This document shows positions 37,040-48,228 of a stretch of DNA of 64,000 nt, one piece after another. Each line of letters starts with the position of its first letter. Position 1 is the stretch's first letter. Source of the stretch: Macrostomum hystrix (Eukaryota; Animalia; Platyhelminthes); the NCBI GenBank assembly GCA_950097015.1, contig CATNEN010000002.1:4092001-4156000 (forward strand), read 5' to 3'. Made by a program: the position numbers and the translations under genes. The notes under the pieces are model-generated. The model made no database searches. It was not told where the DNA came from and worked only from the letters and a program-made list of their open reading frames with translations.

Positions 37040-37149
37040 GCGCCTATAGCCTAATGGCTAGAGCGCTAGGCTAGACTCTACTGATAAGCTCCAATAAGAG
37101 CGAAACGCGTCTGGAGTTGCCTTGGTTCGAATCCTGATTTCAATTTTTT
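37040..37149 (+). pseudogene. tRNA-like Pol III-type unit (A box, B box, T-run); probably a tRNA pseudogene or SINE head
   Basis: A box TAGCCTAATGG at 37047-37057, B box GGTTCGAATCC at 37124-37134, TTTTTT at 37144-37149. Acceptor and T stems do not pair properly. Confidence 0.4.
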
Positions 37150-37959
37150 CGATACATATCGGAATCGATTCCAACATTAGATTTTTGAATTTTAATGGGC
37201 AGTGTCCTCTCTCCTCTCTCCCGCTCTCTCTCCATCTCTCACCCTTTCTCACCCTCTCTCTCATTCTCTCTCATCAATCTGTGAGGATATAATCCCAAAC
37301 TGGCAGGATATAATCCCAAACTGTCAGGATATAGTCCCAATCGGAGAGGATTGAATCCCAATTTGGGAGGATATAATCCCAAACTTGGATTGCTAGACTA
37401 GAGGATTGAATCTTAAACTTAGTGGATTATACTGAAGAGTGTGCGAACTGGAAATTACCTTGGCGTGAAGTGCCAATTGATTACAGACCGGTTACTTAAA
37501 CGTTACTTGCACGGAGAAGAGACAGTATACTTTTTGGACGTCACAACCAATCAGCCAGCCCCTCATTCCGATTTGAATTCCCTGACTCCCTGACTGACTG
37601 ACTGACTGACTGACTGACTGACTTAAACGTTACTTAAACGTGTCAGCATCAATGTTTTATTTTAACACAAACATGAATTTCATTTCCATTACGATTTCGG
37701 AGCAAGCGAAATTCGGAGGCCACGAATATGCTTTAAAAATTACAGGGCAAAGAAAATTTCCAATGTAAATATGGAATTACAGTATAATAATTATTTGCAC
37801 AAATTCAAGAGTCTGGGGTATGAGTCAGCAGATAGAAAAGGTTCTATGCACAGGATTTTGCATTGCACGAGTGGATCAAACTTAACATCACCAAGACTTC
37901 GATCAGAATTCGATAAATCTCTGAGAATTCGACGAACCACTAAAATAATTAGACAAGCC

Positions 37960-39620
37960 TCTAAGAATTCTGCGAACTTCTAAGAATTCGACGAACTTCT
38001 AAGAATTCTGTGAACTTCTAAGAATTCGACGAACTTCTAAGAATTCTGTGAACTTCTAAGAATTCTGCGAACTTCTAGGAATTCTGCGAACTTCTAAGAA
38101 TTCGACGAACTTCTAAGAATTCTGCGAACTTCTAAGAATTCGACGAACTTCTAAGAATTCTGTGAACTTCTAAGAATTCGACGAACTTCTAAGAATTCTG
38201 TGAACTTCTAAGAATTCTGCGAACTTCTAGGAATTCTGCGAACTTCTAAGAATTCGCCGAACTTCTAAGAATTCTGCGAACTTCTAGGAATTCTGCGAAC
38301 TTCTAAGAATTCGACGAACTTCTAAGAATTCTGCGAACTTCTAAGAATTCGACGAACTTCTAAGAATTCTGTGAACTTCTAAGAATTCGACGAACTTCTA
38401 AGAATTCTGTGAACTTCTAAGAATTCTGCGAACTTCTAGGAATTCTGCGAACTTCTAAGAATTCGACGAACTTCTAAGAATTCTGCGAACTTCTAAGAAT
38501 TCGACGAACTTCTAAGAATTCGACGAACTTCTAAGAATTCTGTGAACTTCTAAGAATTCGACGAACTTCTAAGAATTCTGTGAACTTCTAAGAATTCTGC
38601 GAACTTCTAGGAATTCTGCGAACTTCTAAGAATTCTGCGAACTTCTAAGAATTCTGCGAACTTCTAAGAATTCGACGAACTTCTAAGAATTCTGTGAACT
38701 TCTAAGAATTCGACGAACTTCTAAGAATTCTGTGAACTTCTAAGAATTCTGCGAACTTCTAGGAATTCTGCGAACTTCTAAGAATTCGACGAACTTCTAA
38801 GAATTCTGCGAACTTCTAGGAATTCTGCGAACTTCTAAGAATTCGACGAACTTCTAAGAATTCTGCGAACTTCTAAGAATTCGATGAACTTCTAAGAATT
38901 CTGCGAACTTCTAAGAATTCTGTGAACTTCTAAAAATTCGACGAACTTCTAAGAATTCTGCGAACTTCTAAGAATTCGACGAACTTCTAAGAATTCTGTG
39001 AACTTCTAAGAATTCGACGAACTTCTAAGAATTCTGCGAACTTCTAAGAATTCGACGAACTTCTAAGAATTCTGTGAACTTCTAAGAATTCGACGAACTT
39101 CTAAGAATTCTGTGAACTTCTAAGAATTCTGCGAACTTCTAGCAATTCTGTGAACTTCTAAGAATTCTGCGAACTTCTAGCAATTCTGCGAACTTCTAAG
39201 AATTCGACGAACTTCTAAGAATTCTGTGAACTTCTAAGAATTCTGCGAACTTCTAGGAATTCTGTGAACTTCTAAGAATTCGACGAACTTCTAAGAATTC
39301 TGCGAACTTCTAAGAATTCGACGAACTTCTAAGAATTCGACGAACTTCTAAGAATTCGACGAACTTCTAAGAATTCTGTGAACTTCTAAGAATTCTGCGA
39401 ACTTCTAAGAATTCTGCGAACTTCTAGGAATTCTGCGAACTTCTAAGAATTCGACGAACTTCTGAGAATTCGACGAACTTCTGAGAATTCGACGAACTTC
39501 TGAGAATTCGACGAACTTCTAAGAATTCGACGAACTTCTAAGAATTCAACTAACCACTCAAAGAATTCGACGAACCACAGAGAATTTGACGAACCACTGA
39601 GAATTCGACGAACCACTCAG
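37960..39620. repeat. 19-bp satellite (AAGAATTCGACGAACTTCT)n with 152-bp higher-order period
   Basis: About 85 units with an EcoRI site in nearly every unit. The CTAGG variant recurs at 38075/38227 and 38284/38436 (8 x 19 bp). Confidence 0.97.
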
Positions 39621-40061
39621 AGACTTCCACGAATCACGGAACCGACGCCTTAAATCGACAATGCACAATCTTGGATGTGGGATTGCAAATTTACTTACGA
39701 TTGCGTACAATTTACGACATGTTGGTAGGTTTACGAAAAGCGAGCGGAACAAGTTTTACAAGCCAATTAACAAGCACGTGAGAACTCTGACTTGGGCCAG
39801 AGACACTACGCGAGGGCAAATCAACTGCAAGCTGAGACAGAACGAGAGGTAGGACCTTACTGCAGATGGACCGAAAATCAAGTAAATGACAGCAAAAAAT
39901 ACTAGGCCACTAACTCAACCTCGGAAATTAGTTCAAAGGTGTAAAAACGAGATGAAAATAAAGTCTAGTTTTTTTTGCAAATGGATTCCCTAAACGCACG
40001 AAGCTAACTCTTTTACAAAGCCTGTCTATGACGATTTAAGATCTAACCGGGTGACAACATG

Positions 40062-40485
40062 TCTAACAGATTCATATCGTGTCTAACAGATTCATGTCGT
40101 GTCTAACAGATTCATGTCGTGTCTAACAGATTCATGTCGTGTCTAACAGATTCATGTCGTGTCTAACAGATTCATGTCTGGTCTAACAGATTCATGTCGT
40201 GTCTATCAGAATCATATCGTGTCTAACAGATTCATGTCGTGTCTAACAGAATCATATCGTGTCTAACAGATTCATGTCGTGTCTAACAGATTCATATCGT
40301 GTCTAACAGAATCATGTCGTGTCTAACAGAATCATATCGTGTCTAACAGATTCATGTCTGGTCTAACAGATTCATGTCGTGTCTAACAGAATCATGTCGT
40401 GTCTAACAGATTCATGTCGTGTCTAACAGATTCATGTCATGTCTAACAGATTCATGTCGTGTCTAACAGATTCATGTCGTGTCTA
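40062..40485. repeat. 20-bp tandem array (GTCTAACAGATTCATGTCGT)n
   Basis: About 21 units. Confidence 0.96.
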
Positions 40486-40621
40486 ATTAACGGTTTGAGT
40501 AACCCCTGTCTAACAGACTAGTTACCTGCCTAACTGACAGTTTAATTCTTCAAAGCACATTTACAAAAGTGTTTGTCAAAGCATCAGCATCGAACACGCA
40601 TATAAACAAGCGAAGCAGTCG

Positions 40622-43600
40622 TCATCGGCATCTGTGCGTCTCGTGTCGCTGGACGCACTTCTCGCAGTGCACCCTGATGGGGTTGTACAACATGCTGCAG
40701 TTGCACCAGCCCTCCTGCCTCACCAGCAGGCTATCAAAGTTGTGCCTGCCGCAGCACAGGTGGGTGCAGGAGCCGCGCTCGCTGTGGCCTCTGGTGTTGT
40801 TGCACTGCCTGCCAGACACTCCGTGGTAGCCGTTGGACCAATTGGACTCGCAGAAGGACGGCGGAGCTCGGTGATATGCCAGGAGGCGCTTCTTCACCCG
40901 GCGGGACTGGCCGCTTTTGAAGTCGTAGCTGGTCAGGCGCGGCTGTCCGCCGCTTCGGCCGCTCCGGGAGCCTCTGCCTGGACGACGCTGACGACGGCGT
41001 CGAGTGCGCGACGTCGACGATGACGGTTTAGCTGGCGGCGCTGGGTTCACGTAGAACGAGCGCTGGAAAAGCGAGTGCAGATTTCGCTCGATGTGGCCGG
41101 AGCTGCGGGTCAGGCCGCGGATGCAGAACCGCTTCGTGCAGGAGCCGCTGATGCCCAAGCAGTTGCAGATTTGGGTCTGGCTGCTTCTGGCCACCTGCGG
41201 ATGAATTGGGATTCGACAGCTCTGGGATTAGGATTTGACATCTGGGATTGGGATTCGACAGCTCTGGGATTAGGATTTGACATCTGGGATTGGGATTCGA
41301 CAGCTCTGGGATTAGGATTTGACATCTGAGATTGGGATTCGATAGCTCCGGGATTAGGATTTGACAACTCTGGAATTAGGATTCGACAGCTCTGGGGTCT
41401 GGGATTCGACAGCTCTGGGGTCTGGTATTCCACAGCCCTGGGATTGGTATTCGAAAGCTCTGGGATTTCTGCTTCGACAGTTCTAGGATTTGAAAACGAA
41501 GCTCACCAGGTGTCCGACCCTCCTGTTGTGGAAGTTTACCAGCTCGCTCATTTCGGCATCCTCCAGCGCCGCCCGCCGGTTGTCCCCGAAGAATTGGCGA
41601 ACCCGGCGGCTGGCCTGGCCGAGATTGTCGTCGCAGGTCGGGATCGTCGGCCTGCCGTATTTCTCACCGATTTTCTCAGGATCCAGCGCTCGCAGAGCTC
41701 CGGAATCAACTTCGGCTGCGGCGCTGCGCCTCGATCGACGACTGCCTTGACGCCCGGCGCCGCCGCCCGACCTGCGGCTGAAGCACTGGCACTCCAGGCC
41801 CGGTTGACCCCGACGGCAGGCCATTACGAGCTCCTCGACAGCCTTGCTGACAGTGATGGCCCACACAAAGCCGGCCTGTGGATAGCCTGGGTTGAAGGAG
41901 ATGCCAGTCTGCTGACATGTGCGACGAATGTTCAATGAAATCCCAGTTTCAATGAAATCCCAGTTTCAATGAAATCCCAGTTTCAATGAAATCCCAGTTT
42001 CAATGAAATCCCAGTTTCAATGAAACACCAGATTTCCTGAAATCCCAGATTTCCTGAAATCCCAGATTTCCTGAAATCCCAGATTTCCTGAAATCCCAGA
42101 TTTCCTGAAATCCCAGATTTCCTGAAATCCCAGATTTCCTGAAATCCCAGATTTCCTGAAATCCCAGACTTACTGCAATCCCAGATTTCCTTAAATCCCA
42201 GATTTCCTGAAATCCTAGACTTACTGCAATCCTAGATTTACTGCAATCCCAGATTACCTAAAATCCCAGATTTCCTGAAATCCTAGATTTACTGCAATCC
42301 CAGATTTACTGCAATCCCAGATTTACCGCAATCCCAGATTTACTGAAATCCCAGATTTCCTGAAATCCTAGATTTACTGCAATCCAAAATTTGCTGAAAT
42401 CCCAGTTTCACTGAAATCCAAGATTTCCTAAAATCCCAGATTTACTGAAATCCCAGTTTCACTGAAATCCCAGTTTCACTGAAATCCCATATTTCCTCAT
42501 CAGAAAGTCGAAAATCGCTACTTACTATGCACCCAGAAAAGTAGAATATAAGAATATTTCTGAAACAGAACTTCTCATACAGTCAGGTCAGATTGGTTCA
42601 CCCAAGCCCAGGATTTCTTCAGAAGCGGCATTGCGCAAGCGAACCTTGGCAGATTTATGGAACTTGAAATCAAGTGATTTCTTATCTTTAAAAAATGGCT
42701 GTAAAGTCGACCGAAGTGTCGCAATTCGCAGCGACTGATAAGAGGCCTCACTGGTTTGTTTGGGAGGCCTAATCTACACTTCTTGTTTAGCCAAAAGTTG
42801 ATTTACAACCATGGACACACACGCACAATTGCAGAGGTCTTTGTCCCCACCTCCCGGCTTGGCCCATTTTTATAGTTTGGTCACGGTCGGCTGATAACAA
42901 TAAAAATCAATTTATGAGCCGTGTGCTTTCTATAGGAAATCTGACATACGGACCGGGGCCCATAGGATTGCATAATCAGCTTGGTTTATGCCTGTGTGGA
43001 CAGGGCCAGCCACCCTGATGCCATATCGGTATCCTAGTTAGGGATAAAATAGACTAAAATAAAACTGCAGAAATCCCATTTTGATAGCGTTCGAAAGCTA
43101 AAAGGGTGGGTTAAACATGGAAATCATACTTTCTCACCATCGCGAATTTGCATCTCAATCTTTCACCCACTAACTCTCTCTCCTCTCACATGTCATCTGT
43201 CCATCCTACCCTCCCACTTCTCACCTCTCTCCTCTCGCCTCTCATTTCTCTCCTCTCACCTCTCATTTCTCTCCTCCCACTTCTCACCTCTCACCTCTCG
43301 CCTCTCATTTCTCTCCTCTCACCTCTCATTTCTCTCCTCCCACTTCTCACCTCTCACCTCTCGCCTCTCACATGTCATCTGTCAATCCTACCCTCCCACT
43401 TCTCACCTCTCTCCTCTCGACTCTCATTTCTCTCCTCTCGCCTCTCATTTCTCTCCTCTCGCCTCTCATTTCTCTCCTCCCACTTCTCACCTCTCACCTC
43501 TCGCCTCTCATTTCTCTCCTCTCAACTCTCATTTCTCTCCTCCCACTTCTCACCTCTCACCTCTCGCCTCTCATTTCTCTCCTCTCACCTCTCATTTCTC

Positions 43601-45264
43601 TCCTCCCACTTCTCACCTCTCACCTCTCGCCTCTCACATGTCATCTGTCAATCCTACCCTCCCACTTCTCACCTCTCTCCTCTCGACTCTCATTTCTCTC
43701 CTCTCGCCTCTCATTTCTCTCCTCTCGCCTCTCATTTCTCTCCTCCCACTTCTCACCTCTCGTCTCTCATTTCTCTCCTCTCGCCTCTCATTTCTCTCCT
43801 CCCACTTCTCACGTCTCTCCTCTCACCTCTCATTTCTCTCCTCCCACTTCTCACCTCTCTCCTCTCACATGTCATCTGTCCATCCTCTCCTCCCACTTCT
43901 CACCTCTCGTCTCTCATTTCTCTCCTCTCGCCTCTCATTTCTCTCCTCCCACTTCTCACCTCTCTCCTCTCGCCTCTCATTTGTCTCCTCCCCTCTCTCC
44001 TCTCTCACCTGTATTGAGGAACTGACTTTCTTACCTCTAACTCCCTCTCCTCTTACCACTCCTCACCTCTAATCTCTCTCCTCTCCCATGTCACCTCTTA
44101 ACTCTCACCTTTCTCCTCTCATCTCTCACCTCTCACCTCTCCGCTCTCTCACCTGTATTGAGGAACTGGTGATGGAAGGTGCAGTTCCAGCGCTCATCTC
44201 GAAACATGAGCTGGCAGGTGCGGTAGCCGTTCAGCAGGCCGGTGTGCACCAGGCGGTCGGCCAAGCTGCCTCCACCGTCCCGACAGTAGCGGGCGAGCCA
44301 GGAGCTGTCCAGGCCGCGGGCATCGACACCCGTGCACACTGTGTCTGGCGTGCTGCTCAGAAAGTGCAGGAAAGTGCTGGAGTCCATTGTGCTCATTGGA
44401 TAAGAGCGAAAGCTGCTGCTGCTGCTGCTGCTGAAGTTATCGTAGAAAGCCTGGCTGCTGTGTATTGACAGTTGTGATAGATTTATGAACGATAGAGTTG
44501 TGAACGTTTTCTCGTAATTTTCGTAATCCTTATCCATTAATAAATCTCCCTATCGTATTTTTTCCCATTATCGCCATCCTACCCTCTCCCCATTATCCCT
44601 ATCCAGCCATCTCCCCATTATCCCTATCCAGCCCTCTCACCATTATCCCTATCCAGCCCTCTCCCCATTTCCCTATCCAGCCATCTCCCCATTATCCCTA
44701 TCCAGCCCTCTCCCCATTATCCCTATCCAGCCATCTCCCCATTATCCCTATCCAGCACTCTCCCCATTATCCCTATCTAGCCATCTCCCCATTATCCCTA
44801 TCCAGCACTCTCCCCATTATCCCAATCCAGCCCTCTCCCCATTATCCCTATCCAGCCCTCTCCCCATTATCGCCATCCTACCCTCTCCCCATTATCCCTA
44901 TCCAGCACTCTCCCTATTATCCCTATCTTACCCTCTCCCCCATTATCCCTATCCAGCCCTCTCCCCATTATCCCTATCCAGCCATCTCCCCATTATCCCT
45001 ATCCAGCACTCTCCCCATTCTCCCATCTCAGCCACCATATTCTCACCCCACAGCCTGCTGGCACAGAGTCACCAGAGTCCAGATGGCAGCCAGCAGGGCA
45101 ACGAGGCCCAGTTGTCGGCATCCGCCGCAGCCTCCAGCAGGTCTCGACGCTTGTGTCGGCTTCTCGTTCTCTACGTCAGCTCCGGCACTCGCTGGCCGAG
45201 TGTCCTCCATCTGAGTCGGCCTTCTTTGCCGCAACACTCGAATCGCCTCGTCCGCATTCGCCAT
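40622..45264 (-). CDS. Wnt: Divergent Wnt-family ligand
   Basis: Exons 45264-45047, 44457-44153, 41886-41507, 41194-40622; all phases match. Motifs [66 protein letters not shown]. Subfamily not assignable by eye. Confidence 0.92.
41204..41480. repeat. 42-bp intronic array (Wnt intron 3), degenerate distally
   Basis: GGGATTCGACAGCTCTGGGATTAGGATTTGACATCTGGGATT at 41208, 41250 and onward. Confidence 0.9.
41931..42495. repeat. 17-bp intronic array (AATGAAATCCCAGTTTC / CCTGAAATCCCAGATTT)n
   Basis: Two related sub-blocks with a 17-bp period. Confidence 0.95.
43160..44150. repeat. CT-rich complex array in Wnt intron 2
   Basis: Units built of CTCTCATTTCTCTCCTCTCGC and CCCACTTCTCAC. Confidence 0.93.
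44565..45020. repeat. 25-bp intronic array (CCCTATCCAGCCCTCTCCCCATTAT)n
   Basis: About 18 units in Wnt intron 1. Confidence 0.95.
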
Positions 45265-45780
45265 TCGCGAAATTTTGAAGGTTTCAAAAGTAGAAATTTA
45301 TTTTTATTCGGCGATAGGATCTTGCCTAGGCACGCAATATTCTGGCATTTAATGAAAGTTGAATAATCTATGGGAAAATTCTCCCACTGTGTTCACCTGC
45401 CCGCTGGTTCTGTTAATCTTGCCGGAGATTTTTCGCTAGAAACCCTCGCCTATTCAACGCTTCATGATTTTCAATTTCCGACCGACTGACTGCTCCGATT
45501 GGCTGCGGGCTAACAGCCAATGAGAGACGCGCTTCGATTGACTAAAATATATTGGACCATGTTTGGTAGGAGCTCTGGTATTTTGTTAAACAGCACTAGT
45601 CTGATTAAGCAGTTCTTTCATGATTCAAGCAATGATTGATTTATGGAGGCCGATGTCAATGCATAGGAAAATCAAATCAGGGCACATTGCCCACAACCAG
45701 GACGGCTATATTTAGCCGAACCGCTGCAGTGCTGGGCTAGCGAATGAACTGCCTGCTCTAATCTCTATGATCATCAGCTA

Positions 45781-47000
45781 AGTTATCCCATTCCAATCTT
45801 ACCGCAGCCATCAGTTATCCCATTCCAATCTTACCGCAGTCATCAGTTATCCCATTCCAATCTCACCGCAGTCAGCAGTTATCCCATTCCAATCTCACCG
45901 CAGTCAGCAGTTATCCCATTCCAATCTCACCGCAGTCAGCAGTTATCCCATTCCAATCTCACCTCAGTCAGCAGTTATCCCATTCCAATCTTACCTCAGT
46001 CATCAGTTATCCCATTCCAATCTCACCGCAGTCATCAGTTATCCCATTCCAATCTTACCGCAGTCATCAGTTATCCCATTCCAATCTCACCGCAGTCAGC
46101 AGTTATCCCATTCCAATCTTACCTCAGTCAGCAGTTATCCCATGCCAATCTCACCGCAGTCAGCAGTTATCCCATTCCAATCTCACCGCAGTCATCAGTT
46201 ATCCCATTCCAATCTTACCTCAGTCATCAGTTATCCCATTCCAATCTCACCGCAGTCATCAGTTATCCCATTTCAATCTCACCGCAGTCATCAGTTATCC
46301 CATTCCAATCTCACCGCAGTCATCAGTTATCCCATTCCAATCTCACCGCAGTCAGCAGTTATCCCATTCCAATCTCACCTCAGTCAGCAGTTATCCCATT
46401 CCAATCTTACCTCAGTCAGCAGTTATCCCATTCCAATCTTACCTCAGTCATCAGTTATCCCATTCCAATCTCACCGCAGTCAGCAGTTATCCCATTCCAA
46501 TCTCACCGCAGTCAGCAGTTATCCCATTCCAATCTCACCTCAGTCAGCAGTTATCCCATTCCAATCTTACCTCAGTCAGCAGTTATCCCATTCTAATCTT
46601 ACCTCAGTCATCAGTTATCCCATTCCAATCTTACCTCAGTCAGCAGTTATCCCATTCCAATCTTACCTCAGTCATCAGTTATCCCATTCCAATCTTACCT
46701 CAGTCAGCAGTTATCCCATTCCAATCTTACCTCAGTCATCAGTTATCCCATTCCAATCTTACCTCAGTCAGCAGTTATCCCATTCCAATCTTACCTCAGT
46801 CAGCAGTTATCCCATTCCAATCTCACCTCAGTCAGCAGTTATCCCATGCCAATCTTACCTCAGTCAGCAGTTATCCCATTCCAATCTTACCTCAGTCAGC
46901 AGTTATCCTATGCCAATCTTACCAAATAATCAGTTGTCAAACTCCAATCTTACCAAATAATCAGTTGTCAAACTCCAATCTTACCAAATAATCAGTTATC
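45781..47000. repeat. 32-bp tandem array (AGTTATCCCATTCCAATCTCACCGCAGTCAGC)n
   Basis: About 38 units. Confidence 0.97.
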
Positions 47001-47077
47001 CAATTCCAATCTTCCCCGATCAACAAATATCCTTTGCCAGACTTTAGAAAAAAGGCATTTTCATAAACAGTTAAAAC

Positions 47078-47424
47078 TGCAGAATGGCAGAAGTTGGTGT
47101 GCCAACAGCACAGGTCTGACCAGACTTGAATTCAAAGCATTCTAAACAGAATGGCAGAAGTTGGTGTGCCAACAGCACAGGTCTGACCAGACTTGAAGTC
47201 AAAGCATTCTAAACAGAATGGCAGAAGTTGGTGTGCCAACAGCACAGGTCTGACCAGACTTGAAGTCAAAGCATTCTAAACAGAATGGCAGAAGTTGGTG
47301 TGCCAACAGCACAGGTCTGACAAGACTTGAATTCAAAGCATTCTAAACAGAATGGCAGAAGTTGGTGTGCCAACAGCACAGGTCTGACCAGACTTGAAGT
47401 CAAAGCATTCTAAACAGAATGGCA
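47078..47424. repeat. 67-bp tandem array, about 5 copies
   Basis: AGAATGGCAGAAGTTGGTGTGCCAACAGCACAGGTCTGACCAGACTTGAA.TCAAAGCATTCTAAAC starts at 47081, 47148 and onward. Confidence 0.95.
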
Positions 47425-47767
47425 CAGCACATTGCAGTTTATTAAATAAAAAACATATAAAACTACAACAATAGCACTAAAAAGAAATTAAAATGCAAGT
47501 TTTTATTAATTCATTGCTTAAACAATTGAGCTGTTGACTGATGTACCTAAATAGGTAATTAAAAAGATAAGAAAATAAATTGAATACCAGTTTGTGCTCT
47601 ACAGTTGAAAATGCAAGTGCTGCCTAGGACAGGATGGGAAATCATGGGATGCAAAATCAGATAGGGATAATGACTGACTCACTGAACAAAATGCTGCCTT
47701 AAATTATTTACAGGGACTAAGATCATTGCCTATATACCAAGCATGATTTGGGGTCATCACTAAATGC

Positions 47768-48123
47768 CATCTGGGTTATGAGGTGGTCGTCACTATCATC
47801 TGGGTCATGAGGTGGTCGTCACTATCATCTGGGTCATGAGGTGGTCGTCACTATCATCTGGGTCATGAGGTGGTCGTCACTATCATCTGGGTCATGAGGT
47901 GGTCGTCACTATCATCTGGGTCATGAGGTGGTCGTCACTATCATCTGGGTCATGAGGTGGTCGTCACTATCATCTGGGTCATGAGGTGGTCGTCACTATC
48001 ATCTGGGTCATGAGGTGGTCGTCACTATCATCTGGGTCATGAGGTGGTCGTCACTATCATCTGGGTCATGAGGTGGTCGTCACTATCATCTGGGTCATGA
48101 GGTGGTCGTCACTATCATCTGGG
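47768..48123. repeat. 29-bp tandem array (GGTCATGAGGTGGTCGTCACTATCATCTG)n
   Basis: About 12 nearly identical units. Confidence 0.97.
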
Positions 48124-48228
48124 TGATTATGTGGGTCGCCCGCAGTGCAGTGAAATAAGTGAGAACAATAAATGAAGAGTCAAGTGGGTGCTAGAAGTAC
48201 AAAAGTTTGATAAGTGCTGACGGTGCCG

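Noticed and set aside
37960-39620. 19-bp satellite as a giant heat-shock element
   Set aside because: GAA/TTC spacings are 0, 1 and 3 nt, not the 2-nt spacing HSF requires.
36349-46960. Ser/Leu/Pro/His-rich ORFs at 36349-37035, 43148-44072 and 46142-46960
   Set aside because: Translations of CT-rich or 32-bp arrays; the 43-kb ORFs are antisense within a Wnt intron.
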